A stretch of DNA of 59,223 nt, the filler included. It is 8 parts of 8 records of this genome, joined end to end, with 100 filler letters (N's around TTAATTAATTAA, not from the genome) between each part and the next. Parts side by side here need not be neighbours in the genome. Positions count along the whole stretch, not along the records: positions 17,830 to 24,047 come from SRR31156797_24327; positions 24,148 to 29,517 come from SRR31156797_24331; 6 more parts are not named here. One strand, given 5' to 3'. A program made the translations under genes and the position numbers. The notes beneath the pieces were generated by a model. The model was not told the origin of the DNA and searched no databases. It worked only from the letters and a program-made list of their open reading frames with translations. This document shows positions 18,180 through 28,746 of the stretch, in pieces; the stretch's first letter is position 1, and the number at the start of each line of letters is the position of its first letter.

Positions 18180-19091
18180 GTGAATTATAAGCTAAACTTA
18201 ACAGATAAAGAAAAGGCAATAAAAAAATTTGGAGAGGAATTTATAATAAGTGTTGAGCAGAAAATTGCTATATTTGCAGAACGTTGGGAAATAGAAGAGC
18301 TTAATTTAATAAATTCATTTTCTGTAAACTTAGTCTTCAAAGGTGTTTCTAAAACTCACGGTGCAATTGTGATTAAGTTTGGAAAGGATAAAAGTGAACT
18401 CATAAACGAAGTAAAAGCATTGAATTATTTTTCTGGAGATCACATATGTAAATTGATTGACGTTGATTATGATAATATTGTGCTATTAGAGGAGTGTGTG
18501 CAGCCTGGAACAGAGCTTGTAGTAGAAAAGGATATAGATAGAAGATTAGACGCTTTCTGTGAGATATATAAGAGCTTGCACGAACGAGAGGATATTGATG
18601 ATGATGAGTACGAGTTTCAATCGTACAAGGATTGGATATTTAATATAACAAAGTATATGGAACAACAGGAAGAATGGCAGGAGATAACAGCACACATGAA
18701 GAGAGCAAAAGAGTTGTATATTGAATTAGCAGATCAGTATCCGAATAAATCTCTTTTACATGGAGACTTTCATTATTACAATATCTTGAAAAGTGAGACG
18801 GGCTATAAAATTATTGATCCAAAAGGAGTAATAGGAAATCCTATTTTTGATATTCCAAGATATATTCTAAATGAATATTGGGATGAAAAAGATAGATCAA
18901 AAGTTGATAAAACTATCGAGAAAGTTTTTTGTGTTATTAGTAGTAAATTGGATGTTCCCATAAACATTTTAAGAAAACTGCTATATATAGAAGGAACTAT
19001 GGCTTTATGTTGGTTCGTAGAGAGTGGTATGCCAATTGAAAAGAAAGAGGAGACTCTGCTTGCACTTAAAAAATTCCAAGACTATATTTAA
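18180..19091 (+). CDS. Aminoglycoside/hydroxyurea phosphotransferase family kinase (APH(6)-like)
   Basis: 'LLHGDFHYYNIL' Brenner motif, 'IIDPKG.IG'; GTG start with AGGAGG RBS. Confidence 0.85.
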   Translation: MNYKLNLTDKEKAIKKFGEEFIISVEQKIAIFAERWEIEELNLINSFSVNLVFKGVSKTHGAIVIKFGKDKSELINEVKALNYFSGDHICKLIDVDYDNIVLLEECVQPGTELVVEKDIDRRLDAFCEIYKSLHEREDIDDDEYEFQSYKDWIFNITKYMEQQEEWQEITAHMKRAKELYIELADQYPNKSLLHGDFHYYNILKSETGYKIIDPKGVIGNPIFDIPRYILNEYWDEKDRSKVDKTIEKVFCVISSKLDVPINILRKLLYIEGTMALCWFVESGMPIEKKEETLLALKKFQDYI

Positions 19092-19262
19092 TTTTAGCTG
19101 ATTTCATAAAATGAAGGTAGATATGCTATTAACAGAAAAACTTAAAATCTCATAAATAATAGTACTTTAGTATGATGTATATAATCCTATTATATTATAT
19201 AGTTATACTTGAGCGCAGTTTTACTTAATTATTCAGCAAGATTATCATCAGTTAATTAGGAG

Positions 19263-19694
19263 GTGTTTATGGGAAATTTAGGTGATATTAAGAATTTGAA
19301 AATGATTTTAATAGCAAGTGGTATATTCGATTTAGTCGGTGCAATTTATTTTGCAACTCGTGTAGGAGTAGGTAAGAGTATAGCAGACCCTCCCACTCAT
19401 CAGTTTTATGCACTTTTAATAGCAACTTTTCTATTCAGCCTTGCTTACATACAATTTATCACTGCCTTAAATGTCAAACGTTATTTAGTAAATATCGGAG
19501 CTGTCATTATCAGTAGAGTTTTATATTTTCTACTTTTTACTTGTTGCTTTGTTATGGAGGATAGTTTTGCGATAACATTTCTACCAACAGCTATATTAGA
19601 TTTAATATGGGCAATAATTTATATTTATTTTGTTCGAATAATTGATGAAATTAGCATAAGAAGGCTATTTATCCCCAAATTAAATAGAGAATAA
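19263..19694 (+). CDS. Hypothetical membrane protein (about 4 TM helices)
   Basis: Four hydrophobic segments; AGGAGG RBS. Confidence 0.75.
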   Translation: MFMGNLGDIKNLKMILIASGIFDLVGAIYFATRVGVGKSIADPPTHQFYALLIATFLFSLAYIQFITALNVKRYLVNIGAVIISRVLYFLLFTCCFVMEDSFAITFLPTAILDLIWAIIYIYFVRIIDEISIRRLFIPKLNRE

Positions 19695-19696
19695 CT

Positions 19697-19739
19697 AAAA
19701 AAGAGTAGAAGATTAAATAAAAACTTCTACTCCTTTTTT
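19697..19739 (+). terminator. Intrinsic terminator
   Basis: GAGTAGAAG...CTTCTACTC followed by a T run. Confidence 0.65.
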
Positions 19740-19967
19740 ATGTTTATGATTTACTCGTTTCTATCTCATAATTCAAATTGTATCTTGAATCGATATATGC
19801 ATCTTTCAAAAAATTAACAATCTTTTCTCTTCAAAAATAAAATACCTGAAAATAATATATAAACTGTAAAAATGTTGAATGTGATTTTTTAAGATGATAT
19901 AATGAATGAAATGATTTGTTTTTTTTATTTGAGTGAAAATGACTATAATCAAAGCGGAGGAGAAATT

Positions 19968-20336
19968 ATGCTAAGGTCAATGATGCAGGCTTATGTAAAA
20001 AATAGTGTAGAAGCAGTGGAGTTATACCAGAAGGCTTTTAACGCTGATATAATAAGTGAATATAAAAATGATGATGGAAGTTATATGCATGTAGAGCTAG
20101 ATTTGTATGGGCAGGTTTTCTCATTATCAGAATCAATAGAAGCAGAAAGTATAAGTGGAAATACGATGCAATTTTGCTTACATTTTGGAGAAGAAGAAAA
20201 ACAAAGGGTTGAAGAAGCTTTTAAAGTCCTTGAGCATGATTCAAAAATAATAATTCCATTAGGCCCGTCATCATATAGTTCTATGATGGTTAGTTTTATT
20301 GATAAATTTGGTATCAATTGGTGTTTATTCGCATAA
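19968..20336 (+). CDS. VOC family protein (PhnB-like)
   Basis: 'EAVELYQKAF', 'YMHVEL', 'FIDKFGINW'; ATG 19968 with GGAGG RBS. Confidence 0.88.
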   Translation: MLRSMMQAYVKNSVEAVELYQKAFNADIISEYKNDDGSYMHVELDLYGQVFSLSESIEAESISGNTMQFCLHFGEEEKQRVEEAFKVLEHDSKIIIPLGPSSYSSMMVSFIDKFGINWCLFA

Positions 20337-20371
20337 ATGATGAAACGCATTGCTACTTGAGAGGAGATACG

Positions 20372-21151
20372 ATGAGAGAGATTATTATAGATAAATTAAA
20401 TGAAATTGAATTAAAACATGACGTGAAAATTTTGTATGCAATAGAATCTGGAAGTAGAGGATGGGGATTTGAATCTGAAGACAGTGATTATGATGTTCGA
20501 TTTATTTATATACACAAACCGGAATGGTATTTGTCAATTGAAAATAGAAGAGATGTAATTGAATTACCAATTGATAATTTACTTGATATAAATGGTTGGG
20601 ATATTAGAAAGACGTTAAATCTATTTAAGAAATCTAATCCAGCTCTATTAGAGTGGATGAATTCCCCAATTAATTATAAACAAGAAACAGATTTTATTAA
20701 TCACTTAAGAGAATTAGCTAATGATTATTTTTCAAGTAAATCTTGTATTTATCATTATTTGCATATGGCTACAGGTAATTATAGAGAATATTTGAAGAAA
20801 GATTTAGTTAAAATTAAAAAGTATTTTTATGTTTTACGTCCATTAATGGCATGTATGTGGATTGAAAAAAATCAAAATCAACCACCAATGATTTTTGAAG
20901 AATTAATGAATTCTCTTGATATTGAACAGGAAGTTATTGAAGAAATTAATAATTTACTTGAAAGGAAAAAGGCAAGTAAAGAAATGAAAGAAGAAGCAAA
21001 AATAGAAGTATTAAATAACTTTATTGCAGAGAAAATTGATTACTATACAGACTATGTTAAGAGTATTTCGAAAAATGATAATAATGGTTATGCTAAATTG
21101 AATAAATTGTTTAGAGAAACTTTGAATACTACTTGGGAGGCTTATGTTTAA
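20372..21151 (+). CDS. Nucleotidyltransferase, DNA pol-beta superfamily (YcgL/RlaP-like)
   Basis: 'ESGSRGWGFESEDSDYDVRFIY', 'DINGWD', 'KKYFYVLRP'. Confidence 0.9.
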   Translation: MREIIIDKLNEIELKHDVKILYAIESGSRGWGFESEDSDYDVRFIYIHKPEWYLSIENRRDVIELPIDNLLDINGWDIRKTLNLFKKSNPALLEWMNSPINYKQETDFINHLRELANDYFSSKSCIYHYLHMATGNYREYLKKDLVKIKKYFYVLRPLMACMWIEKNQNQPPMIFEELMNSLDIEQEVIEEINNLLERKKASKEMKEEAKIEVLNNFIAEKIDYYTDYVKSISKNDNNGYAKLNKLFRETLNTTWEAYV

Positions 21152-21470
21152 AGAAAATTTATTATATATTAGAACAGATTATAGAATAGAAGGCAAAATA
21201 ACTACAAAAGAAGATTTTGAAGATCATATAAAATATTTAACGGATATAGCGAATGAAAGATTTTTTATGGGTGGTGGATTTATACATAATCCAGGAGGCA
21301 TGATAGTATTCGAAGCAAAAAATATTGATGATGCCAGAATGATAGCAGAAGGAGACCCACTAATTTCCAGAGAATTGTATAGATACGAACTAAAAGAGTG
21401 GGAACTGATTATTCTTTCAGAGAGTTTAAATAATTGTAAAAAAATAAAGCAAATAGATGTAAATCAGTAA
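21144..21470 (+). CDS. YciI family protein
   Basis: 'EDHIKYL...GGGF...GGMIVFEA...DPL'. Confidence 0.8.
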   Translation: MFKENLLYIRTDYRIEGKITTKEDFEDHIKYLTDIANERFFMGGGFIHNPGGMIVFEAKNIDDARMIAEGDPLISRELYRYELKEWELIILSESLNNCKKIKQIDVNQ

Positions 21471-21528
21471 TAATTTAGGAATAAAATTTAATTATAGAAA
21501 ATATAATTTGAAATAGAAGGGGTAAAAC

Positions 21529-22044
21529 ATGATAATTTTCTTTAGAGGAAAAGCTGCTACTGGAAAATCATATCTTGCTGAGCAAATTCAAAATAAATTT
21601 AACTTTGAAATAATTAGTAAGGATTCAGTTTTTGATTTATTGCTCAATGAGGGTTATACTTGGTCAGAAGCAAATGACATCGCATATAATAAGTTATCTG
21701 AAATTATTCAAATAAAGCATAATAGAAATGAAAATATTATTGTTGATATTGGTTTGGCGCACAATGAATATTTTAGGCAGTTTTTATCTAAGATGAAATT
21801 AGAAGCTAAAAATGTTTTTAAATTTCTATTTGTCTGCTCAAGTGAAAAACTTTGGAACGAAAGAATAGTGCAGAGAATATTAAATCCCAATGCACCAAAT
21901 CAAATGTTTAAATCTGTTGAACACGCAAAAGAACATTACGGAAAATACAATACTCATCCTCTGGAAAATGAGATGATTATAGATAGCTGTAAGTTAATAG
22001 ATGATTTGGTTGATGAAGTAGCGAAAATTCTAAACTTGAAATAA
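21529..22044 (+). CDS. P-loop (AAA_33-like) small-molecule kinase
   Basis: N-terminal Walker A 'GKAATGKS', 'ISKD', 'IIVD'. Confidence 0.8.
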   Translation: MIIFFRGKAATGKSYLAEQIQNKFNFEIISKDSVFDLLLNEGYTWSEANDIAYNKLSEIIQIKHNRNENIIVDIGLAHNEYFRQFLSKMKLEAKNVFKFLFVCSSEKLWNERIVQRILNPNAPNQMFKSVEHAKEHYGKYNTHPLENEMIIDSCKLIDDLVDEVAKILNLK

Positions 22045-22059
22045 ATAGGAGTAAATATA

Positions 22060-22797
22060 ATGAAATACATAATTGATCTTGATGGAACTCTTCTAAATGG
22101 TGCAAAAGCAAATTTAGATGCAGTTGAATTTATAAATGAGTTAAATATACAAAATATTGATTATTTAATAATGACAAACTCTATTAAATCTCCAAAATTA
22201 ATTAAACAGAGACTTGCTACTGCCAATATTCAAGTTGAATTAGATAGAATATTGAACCCGATATCAGCGATTAACTCATACATAGCCGATAAAAATATAA
22301 CGAAAGTATACGCTGTTGGAAGTAGATTGGAGTTAGAGCAAATAAATGTTACGCAGGATATTCTTAATCCTGAATTAGTAATTTTACTTGATTTTGAAAA
22401 GGAAAATTTTGGATTTTCCGAATTACAAAATATATTTGAATTCAGCAATAAAGGAGTTCCGATTATAACTGCTTCAAAATCTCTGTTTTATTTGAAAAAT
22501 GGAAAGAAAAATTTAGATACAGGTGCATTTGTTACTTTGTTGGAAGCAGTCAGTGATACTAAAATCAAAGTTCTGGGTAAACCATCTAGAGAATATTTTG
22601 AAGCTGGAATAAACATATTAGATGCTAATCCAGATGAAATTACTGTGATTGGTGATGACTGGAGTACAGATGTCAAAGGGGCTTTGGGAGTAGGTTGCAA
22701 TGCAATATTAGTAAAATCAGGAAAGTATATAGATGGTGATGAAGAAAAAATAGAAGGGCATAAGTTTGTTGAAAGTTTAATGAAAATATTAGATTAA
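22060..22797 (+). CDS. HAD-IIA family hydrolase (NagD-like)
   Basis: 'DLDGTL', 'MTN', 'GKPS', 'IGDDWSTDV', 'LVKSGKY'. Confidence 0.9.
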   Translation: MKYIIDLDGTLLNGAKANLDAVEFINELNIQNIDYLIMTNSIKSPKLIKQRLATANIQVELDRILNPISAINSYIADKNITKVYAVGSRLELEQINVTQDILNPELVILLDFEKENFGFSELQNIFEFSNKGVPIITASKSLFYLKNGKKNLDTGAFVTLLEAVSDTKIKVLGKPSREYFEAGINILDANPDEITVIGDDWSTDVKGALGVGCNAILVKSGKYIDGDEEKIEGHKFVESLMKILD

Positions 22798-22882
22798 TAA
22801 AAATAATCATATATAAAAAGTACTTTAGTATGTTCTGTTTATTATTATTCTATATTAAAATAAAATTGTATGAGGTGATGTT

Positions 22883-23977
22883 ATGAAAGTCAAAATTATA
22901 GTAACTATATTTAGCTTATTAATATATATAAATGCTCTTTCAATTAACGCTATTCATGCTGATAGTATCTTCAAATCAAACCAGCTGGAAAGTGATATAA
23001 GAACTATTGTTGAAAACTTAATATATATAAAAGTTCTTAATAGTAAACAAGAAAAGAAATATGCTAATTTTTTGAGTAATGAGATAAATCGACACAAATT
23101 AATAATTAAAAAGACTTCAAGTTCAATAAAAATTGAAAACTTAAAAGAAATAGTTTCTTTTCTAGAAAATGAGAATATTAATTTAGAAATGCAAGTGCTT
23201 AAAATTCTAAAAAATAACTTGCATTTATTAAAAAATGAAAGTTTAATAGATGAAATGCTTAGTTTAATTCCAAATAACTATGAACATGATCTTGTTTATC
23301 AATTTTATAACTCCTATATTGATGAACAACTGCGATTAGTTAGGTTATTTCCTAAATATCCGAGTGAAATTAAAAAAATTGATGATTCTGAAGTTTTGGG
23401 AGATAAGTTTATAAATAAAGACGTGTATTTGACTTTTGATGATGGGCCTAGTAAGTATACATCTGAAATCATTAATATTTTGGATAATAATAATATTAAG
23501 GCAACATTTTTTATACTTGGAAATAACTTGAAAAAAAATAACAATTTAAAGATTATTAATAGCTTAATCTCTGAAAATCATCAAATTGGATCACACTCTA
23601 ATACTCATAAAAATTTAATTAAAATAGAAAATCAAGATCAATTATTAAATGAAATCACTGATCTTAAAACAGAACTTCTAAATAACTTTAATTACGAAAC
23701 CAAAGTTTTTAGAGCACCTTATGGTAGTAGAGATTCAGATATTTTAAAACTAATCAATAAGCATTACGAAAATCATATTTTGTGGAATATTGATACACAA
23801 GATTGGAGAAAGAATTTTACTTCTCTAATAATACAAGAAAGAGTTATCAGGTTAGTACATTTGAACAATGGTGGAATTATTCTTTTTCATGATAATAAGC
23901 AAAAGGTTATCGATGCTTTACCCTATATTATTGAAGCCCTACATAATTGTGGTTATGAATTTAGAATTTTCTCATGA
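22883..23977 (+). CDS. Polysaccharide deacetylase (NodB domain) with signal peptide
   Basis: 'LTFDDGP', 'GSHSNTH', 'FRAPYG', 'DTQDW', 'ILFHD'. Confidence 0.92.
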   Translation: MKVKIIVTIFSLLIYINALSINAIHADSIFKSNQLESDIRTIVENLIYIKVLNSKQEKKYANFLSNEINRHKLIIKKTSSSIKIENLKEIVSFLENENINLEMQVLKILKNNLHLLKNESLIDEMLSLIPNNYEHDLVYQFYNSYIDEQLRLVRLFPKYPSEIKKIDDSEVLGDKFINKDVYLTFDDGPSKYTSEIINILDNNNIKATFFILGNNLKKNNNLKIINSLISENHQIGSHSNTHKNLIKIENQDQLLNEITDLKTELLNNFNYETKVFRAPYGSRDSDILKLINKHYENHILWNIDTQDWRKNFTSLIIQERVIRLVHLNNGGIILFHDNKQKVIDALPYIIEALHNCGYEFRIFS

Positions 23978-24147
23978 TCTGATCACCTAAATTAGAATTA
24001 ACAAAGATATATTAAACTAGATAAATTTTAGTTTCTTTTTGATACATNNNNNNNNNNNNNNNNNNNNNNNNNNNNNNNNNNNNNNNNNNNNTTAATTAAT
24101 TAANNNNNNNNNNNNNNNNNNNNNNNNNNNNNNNNNNNNNNNNNNNN

Positions 24148-24377
24148 CAAACAATGGTTTTTGTTTTAACCAGATCGATAAAATAACCACCGGCAAACAT
24201 GGCCACAGCAAAACCCCAAAAGGCTGGTCCGAAAGCACGCCCCACATCTTCTTTCGACAATCCGTAGTCATCGGTAAAAACTCCTTCAATTTTTGCGCGA
24301 ATAGCAAAAGTTAAGGCAGTAACAAGCAAAGCCAAACATGAAGCAACAAAGAGTCGTTTCTGATTTACATTTTTCAT
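24148..24377 (-). CDS. MFS transporter, N-terminal part (truncated)
   Basis: 'RLFVASCLALLVTALTFAIRA' and 'GPAFWGF' typical of Bacteroidota MFS proteins. Confidence 0.8.
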
Positions 24378-24440
24378 AATTGTACATTGGTTTAGCAGAG
24401 ATTTTGGTTAGTAGAAAGTTTGTCGCCCGAATCTCTTGAT

Positions 24441-25163
24441 TTATAATTTAGATTTATCTGAGTTTTTTAGGTATTGAATAGCTTGTAATAGTAATTTCCG
24501 GTAATTTTCATCTTCATATGTCCTGCGGTCGTGCCCCGATTGGATATAAATGATAGAGGATGTGTTATAACGGTTTTCCCAGGCAATGTATTCAGCACTT
24601 TGAGGATGACGAGTGCTAATCAAAGGAATTACCTCATCTGAAATACGAATATTGCCATATACTTCATCAAAAAAACGAAACTCTCTGAATCCTGCAGTTA
24701 CCGGTGTATATTTTTCAATCTTGCCATACACCCAAACATCGTGTTCGTATGTCGACCACTTTTCTTCAGGTATGCGTTTATTTTCAGCCACATATCTGCC
24801 TCCGATTATTTTTTCGAATGCGGGCCATTTTTGATACGATACCAGCGAATGATGCAAAAACAAGAAAGGTTTTCCCTGTGTGGTTAGTTGAATATAGGCG
24901 GCTTTCTGATCAGGCGTAATCGTTTTCCACATATCATAAAAAACCAACACATCAAATTTGCCGGCATATCCATCTGCAATTTTCTGATTGGCTTCGGGCT
25001 GCTGAAAATGCTCATATTCTACATTTTCCATGGCATCAAAAAGTTGAAAAAACTGAAGGGTATCGTAACTATGCCCACCGGTAACCAATAATATTTTGGT
25101 TGTTTGCGCCTGGTTTATCAGCACGAAAAAAGTTAAAACCAGCAATAATGATGTTCTCTTCAT
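24441..25163 (-). CDS. ThuA (trehalose utilisation-like, GATase-fold) domain protein
   Basis: Signal peptide from MKRTSLLL; 'LVTGGH', 'FDVLVFYD', 'LHH', 'DEVY', 'GHD'. Confidence 0.82.
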   Translation of the reverse strand: MKRTSLLLVLTFFVLINQAQTTKILLVTGGHSYDTLQFFQLFDAMENVEYEHFQQPEANQKIADGYAGKFDVLVFYDMWKTITPDQKAAYIQLTTQGKPFLFLHHSLVSYQKWPAFEKIIGGRYVAENKRIPEEKWSTYEHDVWVYGKIEKYTPVTAGFREFRFFDEVYGNIRISDEVIPLISTRHPQSAEYIAWENRYNTSSIIYIQSGHDRRTYEDENYRKLLLQAIQYLKNSDKSKL

Positions 25164-25552
25164 ATCAACTACATTTAGGAAGAATCTAATCGGTCTATAC
25201 CTTCCCTGCTGTCCTGTTCTGATCGATTCTGCCGTTAAATTTAATAAATTCAACTGTATGTTCTTTGCATAAGTAATATTTTAGAAGCCTTTTTTTTAAC
25301 GATTTTTCATCTGGGTTAAACGTCTACTTAGCTATTTCGTGCATTTTGCCAGTGATACCAGTCAATTGAGATGATTAAATTATCTTATGCTCCATCTAAA
25401 TTTTTTACAATCTTCGTATGAACCATTATATCTCTTGTTCCTAAAAATATAGAAATTGACAGAAATACATTTTCTCGATAAATATTAGGCTCAATCCTTT
25501 ACACCAAAAAGAAATTACCCTATTTTTGGTCATCACAAATTAAAAACCAGCC

Positions 25553-26788
25553 ATGAAAGAAAACACTATACGATTTGCCCTATACCTTTTATTATTCGCT
25601 TTTATTTTTGTTTCCTGCCAGGAAAATGCAGATAATCCGTTACCAAATGAGAACGAATATTTAATTGAATCGGAGCTAATTAAGACATATTCCAAATCGG
25701 AAATTAATATACTTATCTCCATTGCCTCTCTCGAATACTCAGATCTGGCTGATTTAACTGAAAAAATTCAATCGGGAGTTAAAATTTATAAAATAACCTA
25801 CAAAACTACCTTCGATGGTGAAACGGTTCACGCCTCAGGAGTAGTTGCCCTACCCGATGCTTCGGGAGAATACCCTGTACTTAGCTATCAAAACGGCACC
25901 AATACCGAACATAGCAATGCACCATCGGTTGATATCGAAAACCAGTTTTTTCAAATACTTGAAATGATGGGATCTACCGGATTTGTAGTATCACTATCTG
26001 ATTATCTTGGTTTTGGAGAGGCCGACGATATGTTTCACCCGTATTTACATGCCGAATCAACCGTACAAACCGTTACTGATATGCTGGAGGCTGTACGCGA
26101 ATTTATTGACGAACAGGACGACATCTCTTTAAACAACGATTTATACCTGGCCGGATATTCGCAGGGAGGTTGGGCAACCATGCAGGTACAAAAGGCAATT
26201 GAGGAGCAATCTTCGCCAAGCTACAATTTAAAAGCCAGTGCGTGCAGTGGTGGCCCGTATAAGTTAACTTCTTTAAACCAGTATGTGGTTGAACAGGAAT
26301 CCTATGCAAATCCATATTTTATATCCTATATTTTTAGTAGTTATTTACAACTGGGATTAACTACCCCGATCAATACGGTTTTTAATGCTCCCTACGCTGA
26401 TCTTATTCCAACTATGTTTGACGGAAATACTTCGGGAAGTGATTTAAATGCTCAGTTAACTACTACAGTAGCCGATTTGTTTACAGCTGAATACCTTTCC
26501 GGATGGAATTCAGAAAGCGCTTATACTGCAGTACTGGCAATGCTCGACGAGAACAGCATAAACAATTTTATACCACAAGTACCTACAAGATTATACCACG
26601 GAACTGCCGATACAGATGTACCAGCCCTGGTTGCACTGGAAATTTATGCCGAGTTTATTGCCGGGGGAGCTTCAACCGAACAGGTAAATTATATTCCCCT
26701 TCCCGGCCTGGATCATACAGGGGCAATTTTACCTTCAGGCTTGGCTTCCATACTTTGGTTTCTGGAGCTGGAAGGTGAGAATATGTAA
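25553..26788 (+). CDS. Secretory lipase-like alpha/beta hydrolase lipoprotein
   Basis: Lipobox 'FVSC', 'GYSQGG' nucleophile elbow, 'DYLGFG', 'HGTADTDVP', 'DH'. Confidence 0.88.
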   Translation: MKENTIRFALYLLLFAFIFVSCQENADNPLPNENEYLIESELIKTYSKSEINILISIASLEYSDLADLTEKIQSGVKIYKITYKTTFDGETVHASGVVALPDASGEYPVLSYQNGTNTEHSNAPSVDIENQFFQILEMMGSTGFVVSLSDYLGFGEADDMFHPYLHAESTVQTVTDMLEAVREFIDEQDDISLNNDLYLAGYSQGGWATMQVQKAIEEQSSPSYNLKASACSGGPYKLTSLNQYVVEQESYANPYFISYIFSSYLQLGLTTPINTVFNAPYADLIPTMFDGNTSGSDLNAQLTTTVADLFTAEYLSGWNSESAYTAVLAMLDENSINNFIPQVPTRLYHGTADTDVPALVALEIYAEFIAGGASTEQVNYIPLPGLDHTGAILPSGLASILWFLELEGENM

Positions 26789-26806
26789 ACCAAAATATCG
26801 TCGCAG

Positions 26807-26841
26807 AAAAGTCCTTTAACAAAAACGAAAGGGCTTTTTTT
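26807..26841 (+). terminator. Probable intrinsic terminator
   Basis: AAAAGTCCTTT...AAAGGGCTTTTTTT. Confidence 0.6.
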
Positions 26842-26973
26842 ATTAATCTGGCCAATGATATAATTCCACCCGCTGGGAGCATAAAATTCGTAACAAAAAC
26901 TTGATATTATTTTCACACAAAATTCTTCTGTCCTGAAAATAAAAGGTTCACCTTCGCACAAAATTGAAGAACA

Positions 26974-27606
26974 ATGGCTACTGAAATTACAATTGTCCGA
27001 CACGGAGAAACAGTTTGGAATGTACAACAACGAATACAAGGGCAACACAACAGCCAGCTTACCGAAAATGGTATTTTGCAAGCTGAACTTGTGGCCAATG
27101 CGTTGGCTAAACGAGAATATGATGTACTAATTAGTAGCGACCTGGAAAGAGCAGCAGAAACAGCCAGGATTATCAACAAACAACTTCTTTTACCCCTTGA
27201 ATATAATTCGAACTTACGCGAACGCTCTTTTGGGATTTTGGAAGGCAAAACCATTGCGGAAATAAAACACCAATACCCTGAAGCATTCCGATTTTATAAA
27301 GAACGAAATCCTAAATACATAATCCCTGACGGAGAAAGCATTGAACAACTTTTTTCACGCGTATCTTCCGAGATAGAAGATATAGCCCATAAGTTTTATA
27401 ACCAAAAAGTACTGATTGTTTCGCATGGGCTTGTGCTGGAAATGATGATGTACAAAACCTTTAATATTGAGTTGGATACTCCACGGGGCTTCTCCATAAA
27501 CAATTCATCAATCAGTTCATTCTACATCGGAGAAAACAATTGGTTTTTAAAAGAATGGGGTGTAATTGAGCACCTTGTATCGTTGAATGTATTAACCGAG
27601 CTGTAA
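26974..27606 (+). CDS. Histidine phosphatase (phosphoglycerate mutase family)
   Basis: 'VRHGET.WN', 'SSDLERA.ETA', 'LRERSFG', 'VSHG'. Confidence 0.92.
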   Translation: MATEITIVRHGETVWNVQQRIQGQHNSQLTENGILQAELVANALAKREYDVLISSDLERAAETARIINKQLLLPLEYNSNLRERSFGILEGKTIAEIKHQYPEAFRFYKERNPKYIIPDGESIEQLFSRVSSEIEDIAHKFYNQKVLIVSHGLVLEMMMYKTFNIELDTPRGFSINNSSISSFYIGENNWFLKEWGVIEHLVSLNVLTEL

Positions 27607-27863
27607 AAGCAGAATCTTTATCGTTTAATTAATATTCGTTACTCCAAAGTTTTGTTGGCTCCTGCCTGATTTAAAATTGCAAGCGAACCATGCTAAAAAG
27701 GAATTATCGTTTTAACCATTTATTCGGGTTATAACCAAACTCCAAAGCACCTCTGTATTTATTGTCATTTTAAACTATCGATAAATTTTGAAATATATTT
27801 TGAGTTCTTTTCGCTATAATAAGTGCCAATAAAAATAGTACTGAGAGTATGGTATACTTTCAA

Positions 27864-28253
27864 TTATTTTTCTTCAACACATTCAAATCTTATTCCGTTT
27901 TCATCTCTCCACTCAATCCATCTATAATTGTTGTACCAGAATCCGTTAAAAACACCGATCTCATATTTAATCCCCTGATTATCCAGTTTATTAGCAATAG
28001 CTTCAATATCATTCACAGTTAAAGACAAATGTTGTTCCTGAAGAAATTCTTTTGGCCAATCTTTTTGTTTTACAAAAAAATGAAGGTGTTTATTTTCACA
28101 TATCATTACATCTTCAGCACCTTCTTTTAATCTAGTCTCAAGATCAAAAAGAACCTTCAGGTATTCTTCTGTCCGATAAATATCTCTTACAATCAAACAA
28201 ATATGATCAATCAGTTTGGGAGTAACAGCATCTGAACATTTAAGTTTTTTCAT
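27864..28253 (-). CDS. VOC/glyoxalase family protein
   Basis: 'IDHICL', 'QHLSL', 'RDENGIRFE'. Confidence 0.8.
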   Translation of the reverse strand: MKKLKCSDAVTPKLIDHICLIVRDIYRTEEYLKVLFDLETRLKEGAEDVMICENKHLHFFVKQKDWPKEFLQEQHLSLTVNDIEAIANKLDNQGIKYEIGVFNGFWYNNYRWIEWRDENGIRFECVEEK

Positions 28254-28325
28254 TGAAATATTTTTTATGAATTTGAAGTTCTATAGGATAATTGAATTGT
28301 TGACTTTTTTTATCGGCTGTTTACT

Positions 28326-28511
28326 TTAATCCGAATTACAACTGACAATTGTACGTTCCCATTCGTATTCGCTGTAAAATCCGGTGTCCGTAATTTTAAA
28401 GCGGATCATTAGCTTGTCGAGTTTGTTCTTCACCAAATCGTTGGCTGTATCAAAAAGCTCGTCCATTAGTGTAGTAGTGGCAGAGGCCTGGTTGCGTGGC
28501 GTATCAGTGCC
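28326..28511 (-). pseudogene. 3' remnant of a Bacteroidota hypothetical gene
   Basis: Open frame ...PRNQASATTTLMDELFDTANDLVKNKLDKLMIRFKITDTGFYSEYEWERTIVSCNSD* looks like a protein C-terminus, but an in-frame TAA lies upstream. Confidence 0.45.
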
Positions 28512-28746
28512 TTATACCCAATAACCACAAAATGCTATTAATTTATACGGCACAACACCTCCCCCTTGTTCCTCGGGCACTCATCCTCAAGAAGGAGAAA
28601 TTGAGCCTCCAGAAATTCAAATGTTCGGCTATTGCATGCAAATCACCAAAAATATCCCATCTGCCTAACTGGTGGAATTTCTTTGATATTTAGGTAACAG
28701 GTCACTCCTCATGTATGGTCGGATAACAGCTGTTACTGCGATTAAA

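Noticed and set aside
18180-23977. Classical integron
   Set aside because: No intI gene and no recurring RYYYAAC...GTTRRRY attC sites between genes.
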